DNA of 62,991 bases, filler included, from Octopus bimaculoides (taxonomy: Eukaryota), in NCBI RefSeq assembly GCF_001194135.2. It is 5 parts of 5 records of this genome, joined end to end, with 100 filler letters (N's around TTAATTAATTAA, not from the genome) between each part and the next. Parts side by side here need not be neighbours in the genome. Positions count along the whole stretch, not along the records: positions 47,197 to 59,418 come from NC_068983.1; positions 59,519 to 62,991 come from NC_068982.1; 3 more parts are not named here. The stretch is one strand, 5' to 3'. Below the pieces are notes generated by a model that was given only the letters and a program-made list of their open reading frames with translations, was not told the DNA's origin and did not search any database. The translations under genes and the position numbers were made by a program. Positions within the stretch are counted from its first letter, which is position 1. Each line of letters begins with the position of its first letter. Positions 50,911-62,991 of the stretch are shown piece after piece.

Positions 50911-52439
50911 TCGAATGGAATATTTGCCTGTTCGTTATCCAAACTAGAACCCTTCTTTCTTTACATTTAGAATAACGATAATTTACAGCAATTTGGGTAT
51001 ATTTGTGTAAAATATGTCAATTGCTAAAAGTCGTATGTACACGAATTCAAGACAAAAAAAGCAAAAAAAAAAGAACAAAAAAAAACAAAAACAAAAACAA
51101 AACAAACAAAACTGGATTGGTAAGAATATATTCGAGGCGGAAGTGTACCTCGAATTTCGTATAATTTCTAATTTTATATAGTTGTTAATACAAGTTTTAC
51201 GCATTAGGTGCAAGGTTTGAAATGTCGGCGGTAAGGAGTTAGTCGATTAAAATGTACCAGTACTTGAATGCTGTTTAATCTTATCGACCAGGGAGTGATG
51301 GCAGTCATAGATGACCTCGACGGAATTTTAATTCAGAATGTTGAAAGCTGGTAGAAACACAGCAAGGTATTTTGCCCAACAGTTTAGTAATTCTGCGAAT
51401 CCACTGCTCTCTGATTCTCAATATTGCATGGAACCGCTAAGCATTTCATAAGTCAGGCGTCGATAAGAAATGCTTTAATAATATGCGTTTGTTGACTATT
51501 GAGATCTCCACAAAGAAGTTAAGCTCTGTTCTGTCCAACGCTTTGAACATTAAACGCCTTATTATTTGTACGATGTGAGAAATATTCCATTAACATTATC
51601 GAAACACGATACCGGTTTCAAGTTCACAAACTATCTAAAGCTATACATCTCTAACAAAAACCAAACTCACGTCACATAATAACATTATGGCATAACATTT
51701 GTACCTCGGCAGATCCTGCCTTATTTTACATTACTACGAGAGAACTCGAAGAAAAACACATCATAACATTCAAAGGATACTCCAAATACCACCCGTTGCA
51801 CAACCATCATCATTACTACTGCATCAATTATCCCACGACTACAATCTTCACAGCACCACTAAAGTTACCTCTCCTAAAAAGTATCTTTCACCACTACTAC
51901 ACTACATCCTCTGCTACTATTACAAACGCAGTAGGGCGGCGAACTGCCAGTGTCATTACCGTGTCAGAGAAAATTCTTAGCGCTATTTCTTCCAGCTCTT
52001 TTTATTCTGAGTTCAAATCCCGCCGAAGTCAACTTTATTTTTCGTTCGTTCGTATGTAGTCGACTCGCCCCTCCCTGAAAAATTTTAGCGTTGTGCCTAT
52101 AACACAAAGGATTATTACAACCCCTGAAATGGACTTTGTCTTTCATACCTTCGGGGTTGATGAAATAAGTACCAGTCGGGTACAGGGTCAACGTAATCGA
52201 CTAACCCACTCACCCCAAAATCTTTGACCTTGGGCCGATAAAAGAGATGATGATTACAACCACGATCACGGAAAACCACTGCGTGTATTCCACTAGAAAT
52301 AACAGCCAAGTTTTTTCTTGTTAAATGAAGGCAGAAAACTCTACATAGGTGTAGAGAGGTAGGATGGTCATGTCATGTCTGGAATGTCTTTAACTATTGA
52401 TCTACTCAGCTTGGCTGACCTGGTGTTAAACATCAACAG

Positions 52440-53385
52440 CTATCAGTCCAGACATCCTAATACTACAACGGCGACCACCACAATCACCATCACTACCACT
52501 GTCACCATTACCATCGCCACTACCACCATAGCCATTACCACTATCATAGTCACCACCGCTACCATCACCAACGCCACCACCGTCACAGTCACCACCAACA
52601 ACACTACCGCTACCGTCACCACCACCAACATCACCACCAGCATCACCACCATCACCGTTACCATCCTCACGACTACGGTCTACACCACCACCATCGACAA
52701 CACCACCACCACCACCACCACCATCAACACCACCACCACCACCACCACCACCACCACNNNNNNNNNNNNNNNNNNNNNNNNNNNNNNNNNNNNNNNNNNN
52801 NNNNNNNNNNNNNNNNNNNNNNNNNNNNNNNNNNNNNNNNNNNNNNNNNNNNNNNNNNNNNNNNNNNNNNNNNNNNNNNNNNNNNNNNNNNNNNNNNNNN
52901 NNNNNNNNNNNNNNNNNNNNNNNNNNNNNNNNNNNNNNNNNNNNNNNNNNNNNNNNNNNNNNNNNNNNNNNNNNNNNNNNNNNNNNNNNNNNNNNNNNNN
53001 NNNNNNNNNNNNNNNNNNNNNNNNNNNNNNNNNNNNNNNNNNNNNNNNNNNNNNNNNNNNNNNNNNNNNNNNNNNNNNNNNNNNNNNNNNNNNNNNNNNN
53101 NNNNNNNNNNNNNNNNNNNNNNNNNNNNNNNNNNNNNNNNNNNNNNNNNNNNNNNNNNNNNNNNNNNNNNNNNNNNNNNNNNNNNNNNNNNNNNNNNNNN
53201 NNNNNNNNNNNNNNNNNNNNNNNNNNNNNNNNNNNNNNNNNNNNNNNNNNNNNNNNNNNNNNNNNNNNNNNNNNNNNNNNNNNNNNNNNNNNNNNNNNNN
53301 NNNNNNNNNNNNNNNNNNNNNNNNNNNNNNNNNNNNNNNNNNNNNNNACCACCACCACCACCACCACCACCACCAATATCCCTTC
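52440..53385. repeat. Degenerate to perfect (ACC)n trinucleotide tract spanning a gap
   Basis: Direct inspection; explains the Thr/His/Gly/Val-run ORFs. Confidence 0.9.
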
Positions 53386-53705
53386 TACCATCATTCCCCA
53401 TCTCCCCACCCGCCGACACCACTGACACCACCGACGCCACTATTATTAACTATACTGCTTGTACTGTCACCTTTAATCTAGACTGGAAGTTGATAATTAT
53501 ATTTTCATTCACGTATTTAAATTGCCCTAAAAACCTAGTCTTGTTTTAAATATGACTGAGGTCATTACTCTCATTCTTAAATTATTGTTCTATATTTGAG
53601 AGACACTTTATATTTTCTGTGGTATTGTATTCTATGTATGTGTGTATGTATGTATGTATGTAAATGTGCATGTATGTCTGTATGTATGTTTGTCTCTATC
53701 ACACA

Positions 53706-53745
<40 letters not shown>

Positions 53746-53818
53746 TATACATACACATGTATGTTACTACATTTTTCTCTCTCTGTACACACACACACGC
53801 ACACACACACACACACAC

Positions 53819-53868
<50 letters not shown>

Positions 53869-54383
53869 GTTGGGGCGGATATATATTATATATAGATACA
53901 TATATATNNNNNNNNNNNNNNNNNNNNNNNNNNNNNNNNNNNNNNNNNNNNNNNNNNNNNNNNNNNNNNNNNNNNNNNNNNNNNNNNNNNNNNNNNNNNN
54001 NNNNNNNNNNNNNNNNNNNNNNNNNNNNNNNNNNNNNNNNNNNNNNNNNNNNNNNNNNNNNNNNNNNNNNNNNNNNNNNNNNNNNNNNNNNNNNNNNNNN
54101 NNNNNNNNNNNNNNNNNNNNNNNNNNNNNNNNNNNNNNNNNNNNNNNNNNNNNNNNNNNNNNNNNNNNNNNNNNNNNNNNNNNNNNNNNNNNNNNNNNNN
54201 NNNNNNNNNNNNNNNNNNNNNNNNNNNNNNNNNNNNNNNNNNNNNNNNNNNNNNNNNNNNNNNNNNNNNNNNNNNNNNNNNNNNNNNNNNNNNNNNNNNN
54301 NNNNNNNNNNNNNNNNNNNNNNNNNNNNNNNNNNNNNNNNNNNNNNNNNNNNNNNNNNNNNNNNNNNNNNNNNNNNNNNNNNN

Positions 54384-54454
<71 letters not shown>

Positions 54455-55129
54455 TCTGTATGCTTAATATAAATATTTAGTGAAGCTGAAAAAGTTCAAG
54501 ATTCTAATTTTCTATTGTTTCATCTTGTCAAATCGACAGATGAAACGATAGTAAATTGTAATGCTGAACTTTTTCAGCTTCATTAAATATCTATATTTAT
54601 ACACGCACCCACACACGCACACACACACACACACACACGCACACACACACGAAGGCATTTATATTCTCCATATCTCTCTATCCATCCTCCCTACTCGTTC
54701 TTCATGTGTGTGCGTGTGTATTTACATATATATATATAAATGTAATTTACACATACATACTTGTACGCATTTATATACACACATTTGTATTGTACATTTA
54801 TATACACACATTTGTATTGTACATTTATATATAGGCCGCTGACAGTAAATAAATTGTTTAAACATTTACTGTATGTAAATTTGTAGACCTAGTTCTCTTC
54901 AACTACCGAGTATATAAACATGTTGGCCACTTATTCCACTGGGATTGTTCAAAACGATGCAGACATTTCTGATGTCAAGCCAATAAGGTTCAAATGTCTA
55001 ATCGCCATTTTCTTTATCAGTGTACCGAGAAATAATTTACATTATATATCTACTACATAAGTGTTTTATTATATAGTATTATTTAGTAGCTGCTTTCTCT
55101 TATATGATCAAAGCTATCGCTAGAAAGAA

Positions 55130-55728
55130 TCATTGAAATGAGTGATTGATGATGTAATGTGAGGCCCTTGTTTGACTCTTGAGCCTGGCCAAAGTTTTGC
55201 ACATTCTGTTGCACAATGCAATGCACAATGCATAGATGTGCTGGCTGGTAGCGGGAGCAAGTGCCACAGTGTGAATTCTTTTGACATGCCTTTTTAATCC
55301 TCCAACTGAAAGGTACACCTATCCACAGGTTCCACATGTTCTGTTGTGAACAATAGCCGTATCATAATTTACAAAGGGTTGATTCCTGTGAGTTATCTCA
55401 TGGCTGACCAGGACTGCACGACTCAAGCATTCCCTTCCACAAACCACACGCATAAAAAGCAACACTCACTCATTTTTCAACAGCTTCATTCTTTCTGAAC
55501 CTTCACTTGATTTTCTCGTGCTTCATTCTCTCTCTCTCAAACTTCGAACAACCACTGTGCACTCTTTTCCTCTATCCATTTCAGTCTTGTACTTCTCTCT
55601 CCTAATCAACAACTGAAACTTTGGGTTTATGTGTTGGCCTCCTACCATCTTTCACCTCACCATACAAAAGTTGCTTAGGAAGTCATTCACCATTCATTCT
55701 CACCAGACGTCCACCACACCTCAAATGA
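55130..55728 (-). mobile_element. RTE-clade LINE 3' remnant with C2H2-like zinc fingers
   Basis: HLRCGGRLVRMNGE*LPKQLLYGEVKDGRRP (RTE LRW.GH..RM...LPKQLLYGEL motif), then YLSVGGLKRHVKRIH and CNRMCKTLARLKSQ. Confidence 0.8.
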
Positions 55729-55740
55729 TATATATATATG

Positions 55741-56042
55741 CAGAGACCCCCTTCGGTCATGACTGACCATGGGATTGCACCTAGAAAGTTACCCTCCCAC
55801 AACCTTGCCCAGCACAAGTCCGGGCAAGGTTGTTTATGGAAGACCAGCAGTCGCCCATGCATACCGGCCTCTCATCTCAACAGCACCAGTGTCGTCCAAG
55901 GGAAAAGCAAAGGGGCCGATACAGCTTGGCACCTGTGACGTCGCAACTCATTTCTACAGCTGAGTGAACTGGAGCAACGTGAAATAAAGTGTCTTGCTCA
56001 AGAACTCAACACGCAGCCCGGTCCTGGATTCGAACTCACAAC
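55741..56042 (-). mobile_element. tRNA-derived SINE, further family
   Basis: Minus strand GAGTTCGAATCC B-box, then TTCTTGAGCAAGACACTTTATTTCACGTTGCTCCAGTTCACTCAGCTG central domain; the head is cut by a gap. Confidence 0.75.
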
Positions 56043-56386
56043 NNNNNNNNNNNNNNNNNNNNNNNNNNNNNNNNNNNNNNNNNNNNNNNNNNNNNNNNNN
56101 NNNNNNNNNNNNNNNNNNNNNNNNNNNNNNNNNNNNNNNNNNNNNNNNNNNNNNNNNNNNTATATATATATATATATATATGTATGTATATACTTTGCTA
56201 AGGCATTGTGATACTAATAACCTAGTCAAAGTTTCAATATACGTATGCTTCTGGACGAATCGTAAGTCGTGTATTGAGGGCAATAAAAAAAAAGAGATGA
56301 CATTGGGATATACGAGTTATCTTATGAACCTTATCAGCTAAATAATTAGAATATTCTGCTCATGATGGAAAGGTTTAAATTTGATT

Positions 56387-56421
<35 letters not shown>

Positions 56422-58572
56422 TGGGAGAGAGAGGGGGCATACATACACCAGCAGTTTTCTTCCGCCCTCACGTATTTTCTTGATTATTTCTACTTTTTTT
56501 CTTTTAAGAATCCACTCCTCTACCTCGTTTGTTGAGACCAGGTGCCTTCATATAGAAATGAATGGCAGATTTATAGTCACCAAACTCCCTTAGAAATCAG
56601 ACACCTTCGAATTGTTTCATGTTTAGTGCTTTCATGTTGATGGGTTCGAGTTAGTAAAACCGTATAAAAAATATGTAACCCCTTAGTACAGTCATGCAAA
56701 CACTCGATAGTCAGTGCATTGGGTGGTCGCTCGGGTGCGTGCTCGCAGGGTAAACAGAATCTTCGAGTGATTGCTGACCCGTGTTATGACAGATAAATTC
56801 GGGATAAGCATAACATGGTTCACATTTGAACGTACCGCGTTATCTTGGATCATTGATGTATGAATCAGTGATGAACAAGAGAACACGTATTTATTGCTGG
56901 TTTTGTCCCTTCGCCTAAGGGTGAGAAAATGAGCAAAAGGGCCTGAAGATGACTTGTTTATTTGTTCTTAAAAGATATGGCTAACAAGAGGGGTTGTCTT
57001 ATAAGGCGCTAACCAAGAGGTAAGAAGAACAAAATATAAACATCAGGAATTCTGATAACAAAATATCTATCAGTTGTTCAAGCAACCATGAAAAGTCTTA
57101 CAGTCAAGATGACAGGATAAATTATTGTGGAGAGAAAGGATGAAGAACAGGGATGTAGATTGGTGTAACACATCAATCAAACACAGAATAGGTATAGTTG
57201 CAACGACATATTAAGTAATAAATGAAAAGGAGGATAATTACATTGAAGACATAGACAGAGTAGTAGTGTCTGATGCAGCAGTGGATATAGATGTATATAC
57301 GAAGTTGAAAATGAATAGAGAATATACAAAGGTTTATTTAAATTTCCAACATATATATCTATACACTCAACCAGTTTCACAATTATTGATTTTCGGAAGT
57401 GTTCGTTACGAGCAACAAGGAATTGTGTTGCAAACCATATCTCATCTGACAGTTCTAAAACTCTTTTGTTCTATTAAAGAGAATGTAGCTCAGATGGCTG
57501 CCAGTTAACGTACTGATTGATTGGTTGAGGATGGGCATTCAAGCAGCCGCGCAAGAAGGTCATATCAAAGCTTTAGCCCAGTAGATATGTCGTATGATAG
57601 TTAGAACAATAGCAATGAAAGGTGAAAGTCTAGTCCAAATCTTGGGCTATTTTAGCCCAGTTGCTGTGTGAGCAGTTATTATCTTACCCTTGGCAGCTAT
57701 TATCCTACCCTATTATCTTTACCCTTGGCGAGGTCACTTTGTGTTATATATATATATATATATATATNNNNNNNNNNNNNNNNNNNNNNNNNNNNNNNNN
57801 NNNNNNNNNNNNNNNNNNNNNNNNNNNNNNNNNNNNNNNNNNNNNNNNNNNNNNNNNNNNNNNNNNNNNNNNNNNNNNNNNNNNNNNNNNNNNNNNNNNN
57901 NNNNNNNNNNNNNNNNNNNNNNNNNNNNNNNNNNNNNNNNNNNNNNNNNNNNNNNNNNNNNNNNNNNNNNNNNNNNNNNNNNNNNNNNNNNNNNNNNNNN
58001 NNNNNNNNNNNNNNNNNNNNNNNNNNNNNNNNNNNNNNNNNNNNNNNNNNNNNNNNNNNNNNNNNNNNNNNNNNNNNNNNNNNNNNNNNNNNNNNNNNNN
58101 NNNNNNNNNNNNNNNNNNNNNNNNNNNNNNNNNNNNNNNNNNNNNNNNNNNNNNNNNNNNNNNNNNNNNNNNNNNNNNNNNNNNNNNNNNNNNNNNNNNN
58201 NNNNNNNNNNNNNNNNNNNNNNNNNNNNNNNNNNNNNNNNNNNNNNNNNNNNNNNNNNNNNNNNNNNNNNNNNNNNNNNNNNNNNNNNNNNNNNNNNNNN
58301 NNNNNNNNNNNNNNNNNNNNNNNNNNNNNNNNNNNNNNNNNNNNNNNNNNNNNNNNNNNNNNNNNNNNNNNNNNNNNNNNNNNNNNNNNNNNNNNNNNNN
58401 NNNNNNNNNNNNNNNNNNNNNNNNNNNNNNNNNNNNNNNNNNNNNNNNNNNNNNNNNNNNNNNNNNNNNNNNNNNNNNNNNNNNNNNNNNNNNNNNNNNN
58501 NNNNNNNNNNNNNNNNNNNNNNNNNNNNNNNNNNNNNNNNNNNNNNNNNNNNNNNNNNNNNNNNNNNNNNNN

Positions 58573-58623
<51 letters not shown>

Positions 58624-59418
58624 GTACACACATATATAAAGAAACGTATGTATACATATGTGTGTGTGTATACACATACAAACACAAACGCTCACACTCA
58701 CATACTTACACACGCACTCACACACACACGCACATAGGTATGTAGGCACTTGGGCATACGTAAAATATATCCATACACGTACGCATATACGTACAGATAA
58801 TCTTATACTTGTTTCAGTCATTTGATTATACATATGTACACACACACATACATACAATCATACATAATACATATAAACACGTAGCTAAGTAATCTTCTTA
58901 TGACATAACCCCATTCGATATCCTTATAATAATAAAACTAACTTAATAACCAAATATAGTGGATGCCAATAAATTTGAAAACCGCCATCTAAACTATGTA
59001 TAATTGTTTTCTTTCTTTCTTTCTTTTTTCTTTTCGTTTTTCTTTTTTGTCTATTTTGGTATTTAATTCTGCTGTTTGTCTCTGACCCCGGATACGCTGA
59101 CAAACATCCTTGCCATGACCGCGTTTTCTCTCATGTCAATCAGTGAACACTATTCATGGTTTCAGGAAGATCTGACGGAGTGATTTTGGAGAGCGTTTTA
59201 TACGTAATCAGTGTATACTCACAAACCTTTTCGTACAATGTGAATGTGTATACGTATAAAAAGTGTAAACGCACACACACACTTACACAAGTATATACAT
59301 ATATGAGTATATACATATATATATATGTATATATGTATATATATATATATATAAATGTCTATATTTATGTATATGTATATACATACATATATATGTATAT
59401 ATATATATATATATATAT

Positions 59419-59518
59419 NNNNNNNNNNNNNNNNNNNNNNNNNNNNNNNNNNNNNNNNNNNNTTAATTAATTAANNNNNNNNNNNNNNNNNNNNNNNNNN
59501 NNNNNNNNNNNNNNNNNN
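59419..59518. other. Artificial scaffold join: 44 N + TTAATTAATTAA + 44 N
   Basis: Same 100-bp spacer. Confidence 0.95.
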
Positions 59519-59775
59519 TAGATATTCCTTTGCCTGTTTTGTTACTGAGTAAGATGCTTTCTTGCTTTCATATTTTAAGACAAGTTTTAGCATCCAATCC
59601 TCAGAGTTTTTCAGATAGGTGTCTAGGCCAATTGTGGCTACCTTCATTGATAATGCCAGCTGTAAAAGTCCTCGGCCTCCTTCTTTTCTTGGCAGATAAA
59701 GACGTTCTATATCTGCCTTAGGGTGGTGCATTCTATGCATTGTCAACAGTTTTCGTATTTTTTCTGTCAACATTA
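59519..59775 (-). mobile_element. Dong/R4-like retrotransposon fragment (post-RT thumb region)
   Basis: KIRKLLTMHRMHHPKADIERLYLPRKEGGRGLLQL is the typical HHPKAD..RLY..R..GGRGL motif; truncated by the join. Confidence 0.9.
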
Positions 59776-59879
59776 CATATTTCAGTAATTGACCAGTTAA
59801 CGATGTTGAAACTGTAAGTCACGACTGGTATGGCTAGAGCATTGATCGCTTCGATCCTGTTTCTCGCGTGAAGAAGGAC

Positions 59880-60091
59880 TTATGTCATGAATTTAGTTAG
59901 CTTACAGTTGTTTCTGCTATAAGACGCAATGCACACATAGTTGAATGCTGGTGTATCTCCCTATCGTCTCATCGGATTACTTCATATTTAAATTTCAGAC
60001 GAAGTTAAAGGGTGATGCAAAAGCATTCAAATGGGAGTAAAACGCATCTCATAGCAGAAACAACTGTAAGCTAACGACGTTCATGGCATAA
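59880..60091. mobile_element. MITE with imperfect terminal inverted repeats of about 48 bp
   Basis: TTATGTCATGAATTTAGTTAGCTTACAGTTGTTTCTGCTATAAGA versus TCTCATAGCAGAAACAACTGTAAGCTAACGACGTTCATGGCATAA. Confidence 0.8.
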
Positions 60092-60107
60092 TGTCTTTTT
60101 CTTTGTC

Positions 60108-60152
<45 letters not shown>

Positions 60153-60198
60153 NNNNNNNNNNNNNNNNNNNNNNNNNNNNNNNNNNNNNNNNNNNNNN

Positions 60199-60273
<75 letters not shown>

Positions 60274-62991
60274 ATACATGCATGTATGTATGTACGTATG
60301 TATACATATATATATATATATGTATATCTGTAAATGTCTGAGTATATATATATACGTATATAAGTGTATTTATGTATATATATATATGCATGTTTGTGTG
60401 TGTGTGTGAGTGTGTGTGTGTGTGCGTGTGTGCGTGCGCGTGCGTGTGTGTCTGTACATGTGTGTATGTACATTTTTTTCGGCAAAACCGACCGGAAGTA
60501 GCAGGCTTAAAATATAAGTACTCGGTGTCGATTCATTCGACTGAAATTCTTCAAGGTGTCGCCCCACCATGGCTGCAGTCCAATAATTGGAAGATGTAAA
60601 AGTTAACAGATAAAATATTCAAGAATGTTGATTTATTTTGCTGATTCAAATTTTGTAGCATTTATCATAACACAGAGCATATATGAGCTCAGACTTGTGT
60701 CATTAATTTCAGTAACATAGACAAATACAGGTTTGTTATTAAATTACATTAAATGTATTCTGTAAGTTAGTTGGTATAATTAAATAAATCATGCATTACA
60801 TTGATGTATAGCTTCCTAATTTTTTCAATTTAATTTGTTTGTACTTATCGTATCTAATATCTTATCTAATAACGAATTTGTATAATTCGGAAAAGTAACA
60901 GCTAGGTTTTATGGGAACTAACGGTTTTTGAGGATGCTTTTTATCTAATATTGCCCAAAATTGTTTGTTCTATACAGCATAAGTGCTTGTACGCCCTAAA
61001 TAACAATTGTTTTACCCTTTCAATAAAATAAACCGGTCACGTTTTCGAACAGCAATTTTCGTTACGATTTCATAATTGAAAGCAGCTTTAGTTACTGCAA
61101 CTTCGTGATAAATATGTATTGTTTTTATCATTGCCTAAAATAAAAAAAAGTGCTTAATATATTATTCTTTGCTTAGTTCAAACATCTTATTAGAATTGTT
61201 GTTACATACAGATGTAGCATGAATGGAAATAATACAATTTAAATAAATGTTTTGGAAGATAAAGGTACAATCGGTCATTAGATCAGTAATCAGGAAAGTG
61301 CATTCATATTGTATACTTGACAAACATACATCCGTAAAAATATAAAACTGTTTTCTAGTCTGAAATAAGTATCACGAAATTATATGAGAGATTTGAAAAT
61401 CGGTTTTAACATTTTCAATAAACTATGATTTTCGTTTGATGCAATCTGGTAATGTGCATTAAATTCATGCGTGAATTAGATAAAGGAGTTAGATAAATCT
61501 TAATATAAATCTTGATTTTAATAGCAGAAAATATCTGCAGTTGGGTCTTCTTTGCCACTAAATTCACGTGATGTTCTGGTGACTTGGAATATCCATATTT
61601 GGTGAACGTAAAGACAGAACATTTGATGTTACTCTTCATAATTTATGCATTATTGACTCAGGTTAAACTTCCATTGGGGTCTGTTTCTTTCAAAAAGTAT
61701 ATAATCTTACATGAAACTATGAAACAATTTTAGTTTATTATCATAGATAAGATATAGACTAACCACTGAGTTTTTAACGAGTGCTTATGGCGATTAATAC
61801 AGATAAGAAGAAAGATATTTGTTTTATTATTTGGTGAATATTCTACATAATAATAGCAACTTGTATCTTTCTTAACCCTTAGCTTTATATCGTTTTTCCA
61901 AATATTTACCGGTAGTTCAGTCTGTTGCCGAGATAATAGAAACTTTAATTTCATCACGAATGTTTGTTGACATAGTGAATTTGTCTACAAAGACTATCTT
62001 TTCAGCTCGTATATCTTCTACCAATACGTAAAAATCAAAATGAATAACAGCAATTCAAGGAAGAAAAGGAATCAGACACGACATCCTAATATAACATATC
62101 TCATTCATAACGATCCATATAATTGCTTAACTCTAATTTCTTTCGGCACTACTTAATAAACATTTCGTTCCCTTAATCGATACTGGGCGGCCAGTGTTTG
62201 ATTTTCATAAGCAACTGGGCCATTGTGTTTCGTATTACACACTAACAAAGAAGTATCGAGTAATTATGGCATTACACGAACTCACCACCGTCATTCTGGA
62301 TAGAGCTCATTTCAGCTACGCTGATATATCATTTCAATCTGGGTTTCGTCCAAAATTGCTAATAATATACATCGAGCTGTAATATAGGTGTATCAGAGAC
62401 TCATATGTATTAACCTAACCTTAATTCAACCTCTATAAATCAACATCTAATTTTAGACTTGACATTAAAATTTGTATCAAAAAATTTCCCGATGTGACTT
62501 GCTGCTATGATATTTAACACTGAATATTTGCAATATCATTAATGAATTAGCTGCTAGTATTGTCAACGTAAGTGATATTAGATATAGTGAGCGAATATTT
62601 AAGACATTAAACAGATACAAGAGGAATTTCATTGGAGGGAAATTTCTTTCCTCTTTCTATCCTATGTTCTGGCATATAATGTCAATTCTTTCATCTCGTC
62701 TTTTATTTTCTGTAAATTTGAACTATATAGGGCCAGTTACTGCAACAGCCTGGGTTTCAGAGGAACACGGTTTTTTTTAATATTCACCCAAAGAGTCTGA
62801 TGGACTTATACAAAGCGGATGTAAATCTTTTCAGAAGAGGGTAGCGACATCAGACTCCCTTATTCATCAAATGACACGTATCAGAGGAAGCTATTCCGTA
62901 ATATCAGCATTGTAAAATGGCGGCGCCCCAGCATGGCCACACCTTTGAGCTGAAACTGACAAAACATATAACATATATATATATATATATA

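Noticed and set aside
52375-53481. Thr-rich, mucin-like 368-aa ORF with poly-His
   Set aside because: It is a degenerate (ACC)n tract plus about 590 N, with no domain or splice support.
61900-62030. Cadherin-like words (VLVED..SATD) on the minus strand
   Set aside because: Lacks DxNDN and DxD motifs, stops immediately, and has no coding exon frame.
70-62382. Most ORFs in the supplied track (runs of YI, HT, CV, N, L, T, X)
   Set aside because: They are translations of TA, CA, TACA, AAT, ACA and ACC microsatellites or N gaps, not genes.

Overview
AT-rich, microsatellite-dense animal genomic DNA with many N gaps. The repeat families resemble those of Octopus/cephalopods (inference from my recognition of the repeats, not from a search). 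Most long ORFs in the supplied track are microsatellite or N artefacts. The window is five scaffold pieces joined by identical 100-bp artificial spacers (44 N + TTAATTAATTAA + 44 N). Supportable host-gene content: (i) the last four coding exons of a + strand gene resembling LRRC43 (28721-33623); (ii) a candidate unidentified - strand gene of four phase-compatible exons (45270 down to 24792) that would overlap and interleave with it. The rest is mostly decayed mobile DNA: RLE-type (R4/Dong-like) non-LTR retrotransposons in (TACA)n and (TAA)n microsatellites, a Helitron remnant, RTE, L2/CR1-like and Gypsy remnants, a Penelope-like tail with a mutated hammerhead core, mariner/piggyBac-type and other MITEs, and at least three SINE families. 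There are also several long inverted repeats. No rRNA, functional tRNA or CRISPR array was found. I found no clear-cut novel system. The best leads are the interleaved antisense gene and the apparent (TACA)n-targeting retrotransposon family.
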